NCBI GenBank assembly: GCA_030549835.1
Contig: JAUQQR010000001.1
Span: forward strand, 2,753-66,752
DNA: 64,000 nucleotides
Reading direction: 5' to 3'
Source: Thermoproteota archaeon
Lineage (GTDB): Archaea > Thermoproteota > Thermoprotei_A > Sulfolobales > Acidilobaceae
A program made the position numbers and the translations under genes. Positions 10,668-19,588 of the stretch are shown here, piece by piece. The notes below the pieces were generated by a model. The model was not told the origin of the DNA. It made no database searches and saw only the letters and a list, made by a program, of their open reading frames with translations. Numbering within the stretch: position 1 is the first letter of the stretch; every line of letters begins with the position of its first letter.

Positions 10668-12053
10668 TTGGCGGTTAGTTTGAGCTCATCGAATAAACAT
10701 GAAACAATATTTAGGTTTGGTATTGATGGATTAGATGAATACTACTATGGTGTCCTAACACCTGGAACGATAATAACCGTAGCAGGACATCCTGGATCTG
10801 GGAAGACAACTTTTGCATCTCAGCTTTGCTATAGTAATGCTACTGAGGGTAAGAAGTGCCTCTATATTAGCACCCAGGAGCCTGAGGAGAAGTTTATGAA
10901 GCATATGGCTAGGCTTGGCTTTAACTTTGAAGTACTTCTCGCCTCTGATACTTTTAGATTTGTTAGGTTTCCTCTAATTAGTAGTGAGGAAGCCCTAGAT
11001 AGTCTTTTAGAGTCTATAACTAACTTAGTCGTAGAGTTTAAGCCTAAAATAATAGTAATAGATAGTGTTACACCTATAACTAAGGCTATACAATCTGATA
11101 TTAAGAGGAGAGCTATGCTACAAAACTTCTTCTATAACATAGCATTCGATATTAAAGGAGCTATAGTACTAGTAGCTGAGATACCCTTAGGTAAAGAGTA
11201 TATAGAGGAGGCTGGAGATGTAGAGTTTGTAGCTGACGGTATCATAATACTAAAGCATAGCATAGAATATGGTCTTTTATCTAGGAGGATGGAGATTAGG
11301 AAGCTTAGAGGAGCACCAATAGAAGTATCAGAGGTACCATTCACAATACAAGCTCCTGAAGGTATAGTGGTCATGATGCCACCTAAGTCTCTTAAACCAA
11401 AGTATTATTTGAAGTATTTTAGAACATTATGCCAGGAATTAGATGAGAAGATAGGGCCTCTAAGGTCTGGTGAGCTAGTTTTAATAGCCGGTCCTCCCCA
11501 CAGGCTCCTACTAGGTTCTATAATAAAATGGGCTCTAAGAGTAGCTCGTGAGAGTAACGCTAAACTAGCTATTATAACATATAAGGGGGTAGAGGAGGAA
11601 GTTAAGGAGATTACCGAGACTTTTTCTAAAACACTAAGTCTAAGCTCAGATAATATAAACGTGGCTATCTTAAATGCTGCTATACTTAGCCCTGAAGCAT
11701 TACTTAGCTCAGAGATTAATATCATATCTAAGATTAAACCCGATATAATCATCCACTATGGTACAGAGACTCTGAGAATCTTATATGCTAAAATATACCC
11801 AGGCTTATTCGAGAAATATAAGTTAATAGGTAAATCTCTACTAAGAAAATATAATGTGTTAACTATTGAAATACAAAGTATAACTGATATTAGTGAGGTC
11901 AGTGCAGATCTAAACTTAGCCGATACAGTTATACTCTTAGGAGAAAACGTAAAAGGGTTACCTGAAGGAAAACTTATAGCTTATAAAGCTATTGAGGATA
12001 AGAGATACATAGACAGCTTAGAAAAAATAGAAAAGTGCATCCCTATATCATAA
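10668..12053 (+). CDS. KaiC/RAD55-family ATPase with a degenerate second domain
   Basis: GHPGSGKT Walker A, IVIDS Walker B, ADGIIIL..IRKLRG; second half lacks an intact P-loop. Confidence 0.85.
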   Translation: MAVSLSSSNKHETIFRFGIDGLDEYYYGVLTPGTIITVAGHPGSGKTTFASQLCYSNATEGKKCLYISTQEPEEKFMKHMARLGFNFEVLLASDTFRFVRFPLISSEEALDSLLESITNLVVEFKPKIIVIDSVTPITKAIQSDIKRRAMLQNFFYNIAFDIKGAIVLVAEIPLGKEYIEEAGDVEFVADGIIILKHSIEYGLLSRRMEIRKLRGAPIEVSEVPFTIQAPEGIVVMMPPKSLKPKYYLKYFRTLCQELDEKIGPLRSGELVLIAGPPHRLLLGSIIKWALRVARESNAKLAIITYKGVEEEVKEITETFSKTLSLSSDNINVAILNAAILSPEALLSSEINIISKIKPDIIIHYGTETLRILYAKIYPGLFEKYKLIGKSLLRKYNVLTIEIQSITDISEVSADLNLADTVILLGENVKGLPEGKLIAYKAIEDKRYIDSLEKIEKCIPIS

Positions 12054-12191
12054 AGTATTAATAGTAGAATATATACCATTAATAATAGAAAAGCTCTTAG
12101 ACAATCTTGTATATACAATTTGATACCATTCATGTTAGCAAAACTTAATAGTTGAGATTCACAAGTTATACAAGGCTTAGAGGAGATTTAA

Positions 12192-13301
12192 TTGAAGAAT
12201 TTAATTAGAGACGCTTATGGAAGAGAGCTTAATAGTTTACGCTTACTAGTCACTTCTGAATGTAACTATAGGTGCTTCTTCTGCCATCTAGAGGGTGATC
12301 CTCTAGGTGAGCCTGCAAGACCTGGATCTAAGCCTCCACTATTAACACCTGAAGATTATAGTATAGTAGCTGAGGCTGCATGGAAGCTTGGAATACGTAG
12401 TTTTAAAATTACTGGAGGAGAGCCTCTAATTAGGAGAGATATTGTTAGTATAGTGGAGGCTGTTAACTCTTCAGCTCCGGGATCTGATATATCAATGACA
12501 ACTAATGGTGTGCTCCTAGAATCTCTAGCATCTAATCTTAGAGATGCTGGCTTAAAGAGGATTAATGTATCACTACATAGTTTGAGAAGGGATAGGTATA
12601 AGTTTATTACAGGTGTTGATGGACTTGATAGAGTTTTGAGAGGTTTAGATGCAGCTATTAATGCTGGATTTAGGGTTAAGATTAATGCTTTAATACTTTA
12701 TGGTGTTAACCATGATGAGGTTTTCGATTTAGTAGAATTCTCTAAAGTAAAGGGTGTGATATTACAGCTAATAGAGCTTATTCCAGTAGGTTTAGGGGCT
12801 AAGCTACTTAAGACGCATAGATTCTCTCTAGCAAGTATTGAGGAGAAGCTTAGAGAGCTAGGGGCTAGAGTTGAGGTTAGACAACTACATTATAGACCTA
12901 TATATAGGTTACCGAATGGTGCAATTGTAGAAATTGTTAGACCATACTCAAACCCAATATTCTGCTCAGGCTGTAATAGGCTCAGAATAGACTCATCTGG
13001 TAGGCTGAGTCCATGTATAAACTGGAGAGGTGAGAGGATTAGTATTCTCGAGTATATAAGGAGGGCTAAGAGTAGAGAAGAAGCTGTCCTATATGCTATG
13101 AAGGCACTCATAGAGGCTAACTGGCTTAGAAGACCCTTCTACTTATTCAAAAGAGATACCATAATGCCTCAACAAACAATTAGAATTAATGGCACGCGCC
13201 TCCTGATACCTAAGAAGACTTTAGACTTAGAGGGGTTCGAGGAACTAAGAGCCCAGAAGCTAGTAGTAGGAGGCCTAGAATCCACAGCCCATAGCTTATA
13301 G
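12192..13301 (+). CDS. moaA: GTP 3',8-cyclase (molybdenum cofactor biosynthesis)
   Basis: D.YGR..SLR, CNYRCFFC, KITGGEPL, FCSGCNRLR...PC. Confidence 0.9.
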   Translation: MKNLIRDAYGRELNSLRLLVTSECNYRCFFCHLEGDPLGEPARPGSKPPLLTPEDYSIVAEAAWKLGIRSFKITGGEPLIRRDIVSIVEAVNSSAPGSDISMTTNGVLLESLASNLRDAGLKRINVSLHSLRRDRYKFITGVDGLDRVLRGLDAAINAGFRVKINALILYGVNHDEVFDLVEFSKVKGVILQLIELIPVGLGAKLLKTHRFSLASIEEKLRELGARVEVRQLHYRPIYRLPNGAIVEIVRPYSNPIFCSGCNRLRIDSSGRLSPCINWRGERISILEYIRRAKSREEAVLYAMKALIEANWLRRPFYLFKRDTIMPQQTIRINGTRLLIPKKTLDLEGFEELRAQKLVVGGLESTAHSL

Positions 13302-13950
13302 TACCTAAGCTACTACCAATAACAGCTAGTAGGATGCCGGCTGTAGACGTGAGGGTACCATAGAATACTAATCTGGAGTCTCTCTTAAAAGGACAGCCTA
13401 CTCTCTCTATATATGATCCGGCTACTACCGATAATAGTATGACAATGAGTGTAGCCATGAGCCCAATAGCTATACCCCACACTACTGGGACTATAGCTGC
13501 TATCGCCATGGAGAGGGTGTGGATTCTCCTAGAGGCTATAAAGGCTAGAGTAGTATATGCTATAAGAGTAGCTGATAAGAATAGAGGATTCCATGTAATA
13601 GTAGAGAGTAATGCTAGAACTACTCCTAAACCTGCTACTATAATATCAGGCCTAAAACTCTTATAGTAGCGTGCTTGAATTATTGGAAGTATTAGGAGAA
13701 CTCCTACCAGTATACTACTATTAAGTAGCTTTAAAGCTAAAATTATAGCTAGAAACATGCCTAAATAACCTAAGGCTACTAATCTAGAGTCAAGTAGTAG
13801 GATGACAAGAGATACAGCTACGGATAATAGAGCATATGAGAGTAGAGTTTCAATAGTGAGTAAGCCAGTCAGAGATATTAGGGCTAGTAATCCAGATAGA
13901 GCTAAACCAATACAACCTATAATCCTATGCTCACTACACGCTATGCTCAT
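13210..13950 (-). CDS. Hypothetical integral membrane protein
   Basis: 246-aa highly hydrophobic ORF, 10 bp downstream of ctaB on the same strand. Confidence 0.65.
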   Translation of the reverse strand: MSIACSEHRIIGCIGLALSGLLALISLTGLLTIETLLSYALLSVAVSLVILLLDSRLVALGYLGMFLAIILALKLLNSSILVGVLLILPIIQARYYKSFRPDIIVAGLGVVLALLSTITWNPLFLSATLIAYTTLAFIASRRIHTLSMAIAAIVPVVWGIAIGLMATLIVILLSVVAGSYIERVGCPFKRDSRLVFYGTLTSTAGILLAVIGSSLGTISYGLWILGLLLLASGLLVPRTPLSLKSS

Positions 13951-13960
13951 TTGTGAAACC

Positions 13961-14854
13961 TCATAGAAGTAAGCTTATAATGATATAGTTTGAGATTAGG
14001 AACTCTAACGGCAGGACTATATATACAATTGCTAATGTTGGAGTAGCGAATTTATATATTTTGAAAGCCTCCTCTCTTGAGGGGCCCCTATAGAATCTTA
14101 ATACTCTTAAAGTAGCTAAACTTATTAATATTAGTGTTAATGCTAGTGCAATTAAGCCATATTTCAGATAGTAGACTAGAGTGGCCATTGCTATAGCCAT
14201 TAGAGCTAGGAAGATTAGTATAACTATGGAGAAGACTCTATGGCTATAACTTAATGAAACCATTGGAATCTCAGCCCTCCTATAGTCGTCTCCGTAAGAG
14301 TAGGCTAGGAACCATACGTGGAGAGGTTGCCAAGCGAATACTATGCTAGCCAATAGTATCCCAGGTAGTGTTATTGAGCCTGCCCCCGCAGCCCACCCTC
14401 CTAAGGCTGGCATAGCTCCAGCTATACTACCAAATATTATGTTTAGGGCTGTGAACCTCTTACTCAACTCTGTATAGGCTATAATGTCAAAGTATAACCC
14501 TGCGAGGACTGCAGATAAAACATACTTGTTTATACTAGCCGCTATAGTCACCCCTAAGACTAGGAGTATTACTGTGCCTAGTAGGGCTTCATCTAAGCTT
14601 AGTCTACCAGATGGTAGAGGCCTTCTCCTAGTCCTAGCCATTACAGAGTCTACATCATAGTCTAAGTACATATTTAATGCTGTAACTCCGCCAACAGTAG
14701 CGAACCCCATTATTGTTAATTTAGTTAAACTTATAAAATCAAGGGGGCCTCCAGCAACAATATATGATCCGTACATTGTTAATAGTAGTAGCGCGAGCTG
14801 CCTAGGCTTAGTGAGCTCTATAAAACTCCTAAGCTTAACTATAGCATCACCCAC
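13961..14854 (-). CDS. ctaB: Protoheme IX prenyltransferase (heme O synthase)
   Basis: ELTKPR, NMYLDYDVDSVMARTRRRPLPSG, WQPLH, DDYRRA. Confidence 0.9.
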   Translation of the reverse strand: MGDAIVKLRSFIELTKPRQLALLLLTMYGSYIVAGGPLDFISLTKLTIMGFATVGGVTALNMYLDYDVDSVMARTRRRPLPSGRLSLDEALLGTVILLVLGVTIAASINKYVLSAVLAGLYFDIIAYTELSKRFTALNIIFGSIAGAMPALGGWAAGAGSITLPGILLASIVFAWQPLHVWFLAYSYGDDYRRAEIPMVSLSYSHRVFSIVILIFLALMAIAMATLVYYLKYGLIALALTLILISLATLRVLRFYRGPSREEAFKIYKFATPTLAIVYIVLPLEFLISNYIIISLLL

Positions 14855-14923
14855 GCTACTATCCCATAATTTCTCTAAACTTAAATCTTTAAATCCCTTA
14901 ATATATAGCTATATTTAGTGTAG

Positions 14924-15652
14924 GTGCACTATATGGGTATTCCAGTGGGTGATGATAATATTATAGTTAGAGAGGCTCCCATAGTAAATACTACGCTTAT
15001 AGTACTCAATATATTAGTCTTTATAATTGCAGTATTGTTCCCATGGCTTCTCCTCCCAGGCGCTAGATCATATGCTGACATCGTATATAGTCTGGGATTT
15101 ATCCCACTATACTTTATTAGTGGTGAAAGGCTCTACGCTTTAATAACTTCTATGTTCCTGCACGGTAACCTAATACATCTAATAGGTAACATGTTATTCT
15201 TATACATATTCGGTGACAACATTGAGATTGTTATGGGTAGAGTAAGATACCTAGTATTCTACCTCTTATCTGGGATAATAGCATCAGTTATACACACTAT
15301 AACCGTTATACTATTTGATCCACAAGCCCTACTAGTACCGGCTATTGGAGCCTCTGGAGCCATATCTGGAGTTCTAGGAGCATACATCGTATTATTCCCC
15401 TGGAGTAGAGTTAGAATTGTAACAATGTGGGGCTGGATACCAGTCTTTATGAGCCTCCCAGCAATACTCTACATAGGCTTATGGTTCATATACCAGCTAT
15501 TAATGGGTCTAACTACAGCTATAGGAGGAGTCTCTATTGGAATAGCATTCTGGGCCCATATAGGGGGATTCATAGCAGGCCTTATAATCGCACCACTACT
15601 AGCAGACCGTAGGAAAGTTCTAGCTGCTAGAAGCGTAATCGAATACTACTAA
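14924..15652 (+). CDS. Rhomboid family intramembrane serine protease
   Basis: TSMFLHG..HL.GNM, GASG catalytic Ser, AHIGG. Confidence 0.9.
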   Translation: MHYMGIPVGDDNIIVREAPIVNTTLIVLNILVFIIAVLFPWLLLPGARSYADIVYSLGFIPLYFISGERLYALITSMFLHGNLIHLIGNMLFLYIFGDNIEIVMGRVRYLVFYLLSGIIASVIHTITVILFDPQALLVPAIGASGAISGVLGAYIVLFPWSRVRIVTMWGWIPVFMSLPAILYIGLWFIYQLLMGLTTAIGGVSIGIAFWAHIGGFIAGLIIAPLLADRRKVLAARSVIEYY

Positions 15653-15662
15653 CATTAACAAT

Positions 15663-15980
15663 CTAACCCTCAATAGTAACCCCCGCCCCCACCCCCTCTA
15701 AAGCAGAGACAAGTATACTAGCCATTTTAACAATACTAGACGAATCTGAACCCTCAATAGTAATAATCATTGAACCCTCAAAACCAACAATCAACTCACC
15801 CCTAGGCGGAGTTAACAGTAAAGAAACCTTAACGAGAACATCATCACAATTTGCTAAAACCCATGAAGCCTTCTCTACAACAATACACTGAGAATCCCTA
15901 AGAGACCTCGAAACCACCCTCAATAATCCAGGTATCTCTACAGGACTGGGAGTAAAAGCTCTAAACTGAACCCTATACAC
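15663..15980 (-). CDS. Hypothetical protein
   Basis: 105-aa ORF with a G-rich RBS-like upstream sequence; no recognised motif. Confidence 0.55.
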   Translation of the reverse strand: MYRVQFRAFTPSPVEIPGLLRVVSRSLRDSQCIVVEKASWVLANCDDVLVKVSLLLTPPRGELIVGFEGSMIITIEGSDSSSIVKMASILVSALEGVGAGVTIEG

Positions 15981-16017
15981 CCCAATCCCCTCATCTCCTC
16001 TCTATTCTCTCTCCTCT

Positions 16018-16265
16018 CCTATCCCACTTACATTCTTTCTCTAAAGCTAACCGCACCTCTACTCTGTGCTTCGCCATGGCTACTATCCACTCCACACAGA
16101 GTCATGTGTATTCTTCTGAGCATAGCTGAGCAGAGCATGCATCTAACCTAGACCCTGGGGAGCTTAGAGCAATACCCCTCATTGCTCTTCAGACCCTTCC
16201 TAGGATAGGCTCATGAGTTAGAGCTTATAAACATTTCCTCGAGATATCAAGAAGACAGCTTTAAT
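16018..16265 (-). mobile_element. Diverged family-B non-coding mini-element
   Basis: Collinear blocks shared with 58729..58992: GAGG.AATGTTTATAAG, CCTAT.CTAGG, TTAGATG, CATGAC, GTGGAGTGG, GTAGC, GCGAAGC and a TGGGA..GG end; left boundary approximate. Confidence 0.65.
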
Positions 16266-16353
16266 GTTATGATAGAGTAGGGCAGGCTTGGAAAAATATA
16301 TTTATATATGAGGATTTATATGTGTTGCTGTTATTTATACTAGTTGGTGTTTT

Positions 16354-17256
16354 GTGTTGAGTGAGGTTTTAGAGGGCAGGCTTTTAGAGTCTGTTGTTAG
16401 ACTTATTGAGATTGCTGCTACTGATCTTCCTAGTGATGTTGAGGATGCTCTTGTTAGAGCTTTTAGCGTTGAGGATAATCCTAGTGCTAAAAGTTTTCTC
16501 AAGGCTATGATTGATAATGTTGGTATTGCTAGGAGTAAGAGACTACCTATATGTCAGGATACTGGCATTGTTATGTTTTATGTTACTGTTGGGGATAAAT
16601 TCCCGTATACTAGCTTATTGCCATCTATACTTAGTAGGGCTGTTGTTGAGGCTACTCGTAGGGTTCCTCTTAGGCCTAATACTATTGATGTTTTCTCTGG
16701 TAGAAATCCAGGCGATAATACTGGTAGGTATATGCCTTGGGTTGAGTGGGAGTTTGTTGAGGGTTTAGATACTGCTGATGTGACAGTATTACTTAAGGGT
16801 GGTGGTAGTGAGATTATTGGTAGAGCTAAGACTCTTATACCAGCTGAGGGTATTAAGGGTGTTATCAAGTATGTTATTGAGGCTGTATATGATGCTGGGC
16901 CACAGCCTTGTCCTCCCATCATAGTTAGTGTTGGGATTGGGCCTACTGTTAGTATTGCTATGAAGCTTGCATCTAAAGGCCTCTTAAGGCCTATAGGTAT
17001 CAGGCATTCTAACCCAGATGTTGCTAAGTTAGAGGAGATGCTCCTAGAAGCTATAAATAGCATTGGTTTTGGAGTCCATGGAATGGGGGGTAAGGTCACA
17101 GCTTTAGATGTTCACGTTGACTACGCTGCTAGACACCCAGCATCTCTAAGTGTAGCAGTTGTTATAAATTGCTGGGCTGCTAGGAGAGCATCAATGAGAA
17201 TATACCCTGATGGTAGAGTAGAGTATATTACACACCCAAAGTATAATATGGGGTGA
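16354..17256 (+). CDS. Fe-S hydro-lyase alpha subunit (fumarate hydratase/L-tartrate dehydratase type)
   Basis: PICQDTG, KGGGSE, GPQPCPP, CWAARR. Confidence 0.9.
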   Translation: MLSEVLEGRLLESVVRLIEIAATDLPSDVEDALVRAFSVEDNPSAKSFLKAMIDNVGIARSKRLPICQDTGIVMFYVTVGDKFPYTSLLPSILSRAVVEATRRVPLRPNTIDVFSGRNPGDNTGRYMPWVEWEFVEGLDTADVTVLLKGGGSEIIGRAKTLIPAEGIKGVIKYVIEAVYDAGPQPCPPIIVSVGIGPTVSIAMKLASKGLLRPIGIRHSNPDVAKLEEMLLEAINSIGFGVHGMGGKVTALDVHVDYAARHPASLSVAVVINCWAARRASMRIYPDGRVEYITHPKYNMG

Positions 17257-17867
17257 GCGTTATGGCCGAGTATATGATGAGAACACCTCTAAGTGAAGAT
17301 GATGTTAGGAAGCTAAATATAGGTGATATAGTCTACATTACGGGGATAGTAGTAACAATGAGAGATACAGGGCATAAGAGAGCTGTAGAGCTACTATCTC
17401 GTGGAGAGAAGCTACCAGTAGACCTCAAAGACCTCGTACTATACCATGCAGGACCTATAGTTAGAAAAGTTAATGACAAATGGGAAGTCGTAGTAATAGG
17501 TCCAACAACAAGTACGAGAATGGAAGTCTATGAGCCTGAAGTAATCGAGAAGACAGGAGTAAGAATGATTATAGGTAAGGGTGGTATGGGCCCTAAGACT
17601 GCTGAAGCATGTAGACGCTATGGAACAGTATATACAGTATATCCTGGAGGAGCAGCAGCACTACAAGCAAGCCAGGTTAAGAGGGTAATAGACGTATACT
17701 GGCTAGACCTGGGAGTACCCGATGCTATGTGGATACTTGAAGTAGAGAATCTAGGACCACTAACTGTCGTTATAGACTCGAAAGGGAGAAACTTATATGA
17801 TAAGATATATGAGGAGGCTAGAAAAAGAATAGATTATGAGATATACCCTAAACTTGGAATAAAGTAG
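17253..17867 (+). CDS. Fe-S hydro-lyase beta subunit (fumarate hydratase/L-tartrate dehydratase type)
   Basis: RDTGH, GPTTSTRM, IGKGGM, DSKG; overlaps the alpha-subunit stop. Confidence 0.9.
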   Translation: MSVMAEYMMRTPLSEDDVRKLNIGDIVYITGIVVTMRDTGHKRAVELLSRGEKLPVDLKDLVLYHAGPIVRKVNDKWEVVVIGPTTSTRMEVYEPEVIEKTGVRMIIGKGGMGPKTAEACRRYGTVYTVYPGGAAALQASQVKRVIDVYWLDLGVPDAMWILEVENLGPLTVVIDSKGRNLYDKIYEEARKRIDYEIYPKLGIK

Positions 17868-17873
17868 TTTACA

Positions 17874-19022
17874 TTATTTAAAGATATATAGCCTAGATGG
17901 TTTTTCTCCAGGCATTAATGGTAGTAGTTGTATAGCTAGAACATATAGTGCTGGCCATATTATTATAGAACCTAATATAATTAATATCTCACTACCCGTT
18001 ATAGTATAGCTAGCTTCTCTAATTACACCTGCTAGAGGCTCTAATGCTTTAAGCTGGTGAACAATAATCTGTAAGTACATATTATATGATGATGTAATGA
18101 GTACTAATATAGATGCTAGGATTACCGGTAGATACTTGCCAGTAGTGAATGAGTATAGAGCTAGTATAAATGGAGCTATAATCCCTAAGACCACTACAAC
18201 AACCCAGAATCCTAGAGAGTATACACCAGTAACTATCTCACTATAAGTTAGCCAAGCTGTACTATATCGAGCTGTCACAATATTCCAGAGTAGGAAAAAT
18301 GCTAAGATTGGGAGCATTAAAGCTAGGATAAATCCATAGTACCTTGATAGGAATTGTATTAATTCAGTTTTACCCCTTAGAGCTAGCATTATGAATAGAG
18401 CTTGACCTGAGGCCCCTAATAGTATTGCAATAGCTATAAAGTATGGTGCTAGTAAACCATACCATCCAGGGATAGCAATTATTGACCCATATATTTGTGC
18501 TAAATTACTAATAGCAAGTATTGTAGTTATTAAGACTAGAGCTGCAATTACTAGCTTAATCCACTTTAAAGGCCTCACTAGCTCAATAGAGCCTACTCTA
18601 ATAAAGAATACTAACTTTACAATTAAGAATATTAATAGTATAGTATATAGTAGAGTCATCCAAGCTATCCTAGAATCAGGATTAAAGTATACATAGATCT
18701 TCCAGAAGTCTAAAGGCCTACTTACCCCTGCAAATTTTATTAAGAACGCGGATATTAAAGTAGCAATGGAGAATAATACACCTAGCTTAGCAATATTCAC
18801 AAGCTCCATCTTTGGCCCTCTATAGCCAAATAAAGCATATATACTATTAACTATACTTGAGCCTAAAGCCATTATAGCAAAGATAGCATATCCTACTACC
18901 AGGGATCCCCAGGATACCTCATGAATAGCTTTCCTAGTAAAACCTATACCTATAAGTATTAAACCTATTATGATGGCTAGTATAGATAAGATTTCAAGTG
19001 TTAACCTCTTCACTATCCTCAC
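17874..19022 (-). CDS. psrC: NrfD/PsrC-type membrane anchor
   Basis: About 10 TM segments; WGSLV, SRP and NPDSRIAW motifs; third gene of the molybdoenzyme operon. Confidence 0.75.
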   Translation of the reverse strand: MRIVKRLTLEILSILAIIIGLILIGIGFTRKAIHEVSWGSLVVGYAIFAIMALGSSIVNSIYALFGYRGPKMELVNIAKLGVLFSIATLISAFLIKFAGVSRPLDFWKIYVYFNPDSRIAWMTLLYTILLIFLIVKLVFFIRVGSIELVRPLKWIKLVIAALVLITTILAISNLAQIYGSIIAIPGWYGLLAPYFIAIAILLGASGQALFIMLALRGKTELIQFLSRYYGFILALMLPILAFFLLWNIVTARYSTAWLTYSEIVTGVYSLGFWVVVVVLGIIAPFILALYSFTTGKYLPVILASILVLITSSYNMYLQIIVHQLKALEPLAGVIREASYTITGSEILIILGSIIIWPALYVLAIQLLPLMPGEKPSRLYIFK

Positions 19023-19588
19023 CCTTTAACTATGAAGTATTTAGGTTCTGTTCCCAATAATTCTAGAGGTCTCTCGCTCTTACTCTTAGATATCTTAATA
19101 CTAATACTACTATTAGGGTCATCTATGTCTCCGAAGTCTCTAGCATTTGCCGGGCATACTGATACACATATAGGCTTCCTACCACCTCTTATAATATCAA
19201 TACAAACCGGACCTGGACACTTCTCTGGTAGTAGAGTTGTTGGGTGTAGCCATCTAGCCCCGTATGGGCAAGCTACTATACATGCCTTACAACCAATACA
19301 CTTAGTTTCATCTAGTAATACTAGCCCGGTATCCCTATCTATGTGGCTTGCACGTGTAGGGCATACTAATACACATGGTGGTTTATCACAGTGGAAGCAT
19401 GAGACTAATCTTAGCTCTGGTCTCCCTACCTCTCTAATAACTACTCTAATATTGCCTCCAAGCCACTTCATCATAGGGTTAGGCTCTTCAAATCTCATAA
19501 TTTCGCTATAGTTACTACCAGCACATGATACTACACATGCCATACACGCAATACACTTAGTTGAATCCCAGAGGTATGCAAGCCTCAT
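19019..19588 (-). CDS. psrB: 4Fe-4S dicluster electron-transfer subunit (PsrB/DmsB type)
   Basis: CIACMACVVSC, CFHCDKPPCVLVCP, CIGCKACIVACP, CVSVCP. Confidence 0.85.
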   Translation of the reverse strand: MRLAYLWDSTKCIACMACVVSCAGSNYSEIMRFEEPNPMMKWLGGNIRVVIREVGRPELRLVSCFHCDKPPCVLVCPTRASHIDRDTGLVLLDETKCIGCKACIVACPYGARWLHPTTLLPEKCPGPVCIDIIRGGRKPICVSVCPANARDFGDIDDPNSSISIKISKSKSERPLELLGTEPKYFIVKG

